A stretch of 59,475 nucleotides of DNA. Source: an uncultured Lachnospiraceae bacterium (GTDB lineage Bacteria; Bacillota; Clostridia; Oscillospirales; CAG-272). Numbering within the stretch: the stretch's first letter is position 1; each line of letters starts with the position of its first letter. The stretch covers positions 1 through 59,475 of the forward strand of contig CAZUWA010000003.1 of NCBI GenBank assembly GCA_964623895.1. Reading direction: 5' to 3'. The position numbers and the translations under genes are program-made. Below the pieces are notes generated by a model. It was not told the origin of the DNA. It searched no databases and saw only the letters and a program-made list of their open reading frames with translations. This document shows, one piece after another, positions 56,492-59,475 of this stretch.

Positions 56492-58237
56492 TTACCTTCC
56501 TTTTCTTTTTTTCTTCAAAATTTCTAAAATGTCATCCGTCGTATCCTCTGCTTTTTTGCAGTCGCGCAGTTTTTTTACGCAGTCTGTCAAAACGGCATAA
56601 CCATTATCCGCAAGAGTTGTACGATCAATCCACATTTTGGTAATGCGTCCCATTTCATCCGGGGTAAAATTCTCTGCAAAAAGAGAGGGATCGGGAGGAT
56701 CGCCGTTTTTAATCAGTTCCCTTAAAGCAATAAACACCTTTTTGTTGAAAGCAGTAATAAAATCCTGTTCGGTTACAAGTTTTTCCGCAATGGCACGCTC
56801 GGCATTCTCCCTTCTGTGCATTATCAAGCCCAGTATTGCTTCTTCACTGCGCACAGCCGCAACATTGCCTACAGTCTGGGAATTGATCCTATCCTCATAC
56901 CCTTCTGCACGTCGCAAGATCTCGTTCGAATGTTCCGATTTTCGCCTATAGCTTTGCTGTCTTAAACGTCTATCAATGTCATCCTTGAGCGTCTCGGCCG
57001 TTACGCCCAGTTTATCAGACGCAGCATTGATATATAATTCCCTCTCAACGGAAGATGGGAACATCGTGATCAGTGCTGTTGTATCCTCCGCCGCGCGGAT
57101 GCGCTCATCCATTTTTGAAATATCGTATTTTTCAAGTATTTGTTCGAATTTGAATTCGAATCTGGTCTTACTGCCGTCAAGCAGTTTTGCAAAAGCATCC
57201 GCACCCGATTTTTTTATAAATTCATCCGGATCTTTCGCACCGACCACCTTTAAAATCCGAGCTTCAAGTCCTACTTCGGATAGCAACCTGAATGCTTTAT
57301 CAGCGGCATTCTGACCGGCGGCATCGGCGTCATAACAAATCACCACGCACTTGGTATATCGTTTCATCAGCCGTGCATGCTCCGACGTCATTGCTGTTCC
57401 CAGAGTTGCGATCGCATTTTTGAATCCCACACCGTGCAAGGCAATCGCATCCATATATCCCTCACAAAGGATCATGCGTTCCGCACAAAAATCCTTGGCA
57501 AAATTGAGTGCAAAGAGATTTCGACTTTTTTTAAATGCCGCTGTATCGGAAGTGTTCAGATATTTCGGTTGTTTATCATCAAGAATACGTCCGCCGAATG
57601 CGATAACATTGCCACCCGCATCGAGGATCGGAACAATGACACGATTGCGGAAGATTTCATAGTATTGCCCGCTATCCCGATGATAACGAACCAAATATCC
57701 TTCCTCAAGTTGTTTATCGGTATACCCACGATCGTGCATATAATTTCTTAAACCGTAGGAAGGAGCATAACCCATTCCGAAATGGCGGATCAAAGAAAGA
57801 GAAAAACCTCTCTTCCCTCTCAAGTAATCCAATCCTTCCGGTGTACGTGGATTCATCAACGCTTCATAAAAATACTTTGCAGCGTGACGATTCATCGTCA
57901 TAACTTCGCTACGACTCATCTGATCGTCTTTCTTTTCTCCGCCAAAATCGCTCGGTAGGGTCATACCCGTTCTTTTTGCCAAAAACTCAAGCGCTTCGGG
58001 ATAAGCTAGATTTTCTGCCTTCATGATGAAGGTGATCACATCTCCCCCCGCCCCACAGCCAAAACAGTAGAAGAAGCCTTCCGAAGGATTTACCGTAAAG
58101 GAAGGAGTCTTTTCGGAATGAAACGGGCAAAGTCCTTTTAAATTTTGTCCGGATCTTTGTAAATGCACATAAGAAGAAATGACATCGTCGATATTGTTGC
58201 GCATTTTCAGTTCTTCGATCACCGACTGATTGAACAT
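56492..58237 (-). CDS. dnaG: DNA primase
   Basis: A zinc ribbon ([11 protein letters not shown]...CFGCGAGGD) and a Toprim domain (CEGYMD, YDADAAG). Confidence 0.95.
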   Translation of the reverse strand: MFNQSVIEELKMRNNIDDVISSYVHLQRSGQNLKGLCPFHSEKTPSFTVNPSEGFFYCFGCGAGGDVITFIMKAENLAYPEALEFLAKRTGMTLPSDFGGEKKDDQMSRSEVMTMNRHAAKYFYEALMNPRTPEGLDYLRGKRGFSLSLIRHFGMGYAPSYGLRNYMHDRGYTDKQLEEGYLVRYHRDSGQYYEIFRNRVIVPILDAGGNVIAFGGRILDDKQPKYLNTSDTAAFKKSRNLFALNFAKDFCAERMILCEGYMDAIALHGVGFKNAIATLGTAMTSEHARLMKRYTKCVVICYDADAAGQNAADKAFRLLSEVGLEARILKVVGAKDPDEFIKKSGADAFAKLLDGSKTRFEFKFEQILEKYDISKMDERIRAAEDTTALITMFPSSVERELYINAASDKLGVTAETLKDDIDRRLRQQSYRRKSEHSNEILRRAEGYEDRINSQTVGNVAAVRSEEAILGLIMHRRENAERAIAEKLVTEQDFITAFNKKVFIALRELIKNGDPPDPSLFAENFTPDEMGRITKMWIDRTTLADNGYAVLTDCVKKLRDCKKAEDTTDDILEILKKKRKGR

Positions 58238-58268
58238 CCGTCATTCTCCTCCGATATTTATTCGTTCT

Positions 58269-59267
58269 TCAAATCTGCCAAACCTTAGGAATAAACAAGT
58301 TTTTGAAAGTAGCAATAGCATAGCGATCTGTCATTCCCGAACAATAATCCACAACACAGCGCTCTACGCCATCCGTTTCAATACGCGCACTGTAACTTTC
58401 CGGCATTTCATCAGGATGTTCGCAGAAATATTCAAACAACATTCCAAGCATCTTTTCCGCAGTTTTTTCCTCGCTTTTTGCCTTGGGATTTGTGTAGACC
58501 TGGTAAAACATAAAATCGCTGAATTCTTTTTTCGCCTCTGCAATCTCCGGTTCAAAATCAATCGCACCGTCAGTAAATCCGTGTCGAAGGATGCTTTTGA
58601 CCATCGTATCAATCCGCTCTCCTCTTGTATAGCCAAGTTTATTTTTCAAAGGAAGAGGAAGGTCATACACCGGATCATCCGGCAGGATAATACCGGCCAT
58701 CACTGCATCATCATAATCATGATTAAGATAGGCAATTTTATCGGCAAACAACGCAATCTGTCCTTCAAGAGTAGATGCACCGCCGAAAGAATGGTGAAGA
58801 ATGCCATCTCTAACTTCTTTTGTGAGATTGAGATTCTCTAAGACCTCCACAACACGAAGACTTTGTTCATTGTGTCGGAACCCCTTAAAATGTCTGCCTA
58901 ACTCCCGTTCACCCGCATGACCGAACGGAGTGTGTCCAAGGTCGTGTCCAAGACAAACAGCCTCGGTCAGATCTTCATTAAGCCGCATCGCTCTGGCAAT
59001 GCTTCTGCCAATCTGCGTTACCTCCAAAGTATGAGTCAGTCTCGTGCGGTAGTGGTCATCCTCCGGGCTTAAAAAAACCTGCGTCTTATGCATCAGTCTG
59101 CGAAATGCTCGGCAATGGGTGATCCGATCCCGATCTCTCTGAAACTCGGTACGCGCATCATCCGGCGTTGCAGGCATATCTCTGCCTAACGTATTTTCTG
59201 AAAGACACGCCTCAGGTGCTAACCAAAGACGCTCTCGCATATAGATCTGTTCCTTGATCGTCGGCAT
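58269..59267 (-). CDS. dgt: dGTP triphosphohydrolase-like HD-domain protein
   Basis: Contains FQRDRDRI and the HD motif (LGHDLGHTPFGH). It lies upstream of dnaG-sigA. Confidence 0.88.
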   Translation of the reverse strand: MPTIKEQIYMRERLWLAPEACLSENTLGRDMPATPDDARTEFQRDRDRITHCRAFRRLMHKTQVFLSPEDDHYRTRLTHTLEVTQIGRSIARAMRLNEDLTEAVCLGHDLGHTPFGHAGERELGRHFKGFRHNEQSLRVVEVLENLNLTKEVRDGILHHSFGGASTLEGQIALFADKIAYLNHDYDDAVMAGIILPDDPVYDLPLPLKNKLGYTRGERIDTMVKSILRHGFTDGAIDFEPEIAEAKKEFSDFMFYQVYTNPKAKSEEKTAEKMLGMLFEYFCEHPDEMPESYSARIETDGVERCVVDYCSGMTDRYAIATFKNLFIPKVWQI

Positions 59268-59419
59268 ATTTTTCTCCTTTTTGCAGATTTCTTCGACACC
59301 ATTTGCAATATAATATACGCAACAAACAAATAAACTCCTCTTTTTTCGCCTTTTTCAGAAAATGCGGAAAGAAAAGAGCACATATTTCTCCTATTTTAAT
59401 TAGTCAAAATGATCACAAA

Positions 59420-59442
59420 GAAAAAAGACACCGTTAGGTGTC
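59420..59442 (-). terminator. intrinsic terminator of an upstream minus-strand transcription unit that lies beyond the right edge
   Basis: The minus strand reads GACACC-taac-GGTGTC followed by TTTTTTC. Confidence 0.65.
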
Positions 59443-59475
59443 TTAAAGAGAGTCAGCACTGACCTATTTTCCCGG

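Noticed and set aside
59219-59383. A 54-codon minus-strand ORF (MCSFLSAFSEKGEKRG...) in the dgt upstream region that overlaps the dgt start.
   Set aside because: The SD-to-ATG spacing is only ~3 nt, the ORF overlaps the dgt RBS and start out of frame, and its composition looks non-coding.
1-59475. CRISPR arrays, tRNA/rRNA genes, IS elements or transposases, integrases and toxin-antitoxin pairs.
   Set aside because: I saw no spaced short direct repeats, no tRNA T-arm (GGTTCGAATCC-type) signatures, no rRNA-like stretches and no transposase or integrase-like ORFs in the translations. Visual scanning cannot exclude small ncRNAs.
59451-59475. Sequence at the right edge (minus strand CCGGGAAAATAG...) as the end of a CDS or structured RNA preceding the terminator.
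   Set aside because: Only 25 nt are available, which is too little to call.

Overview
This is a 59.5-kb, gene-dense chromosomal segment. I infer a low-GC Gram-positive anaerobe (Bacillota, Clostridia-like) from the gene content (whiA, ricA/ylbF-like, comEC, hup, dgt-dnaG-sigA, ispA-tlyA-nadK-argR-recN), the many lipobox lipoproteins, strong GGAGG Shine-Dalgarno sites and TTGACA/TGnTATAAT promoters. I call about 47 protein-coding genes, most of them housekeeping. They cover replication and repair (dnaE, recN, mutS, mutL, dnaG, dgt), translation and tRNA modification (tyrS, aspS, tgt, miaB, tlyA) and cell envelope (class A PBP, murB, lgt). The rest are cofactor and nucleotide genes (ispA, nadK, folD, upp), regulators (whiA, argR, sigA, HU, RicA-like) and two ABC importers (metQNI and a polar amino-acid system). 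I recognised no rRNA, tRNA, CRISPR array, IS element or prophage gene. The non-routine content, in my order of interest, is as follows. (1) The metQNI operon has a roughly 380-nt leader with no S-box or T-box core. Instead it carries a well-positioned 29-codon ORF in which 8 of 11 consecutive codons are Met or Cys, followed by a clean intrinsic terminator; this looks like a leader-peptide attenuator. (2) The two divergent transporter promoters share a near-identical ~22-nt module in inverted orientation. (3) A 2295-aa membrane multidomain glycosyltransferase/phosphorylase resembles cyclic beta-1,2-glucan synthases. (4) A surface protein has two 468-nt tandem repeats containing a 160-nt perfectly identical block and a non-canonical sorting-signal-like tail. 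(5) A NERD - MATE - radical SAM/SPASM trio is appended to mutS-mutL-tgt. Several smaller domain-level oddities are also listed. All functional calls rest on motif recognition by eye in the supplied translations; no database search was run.
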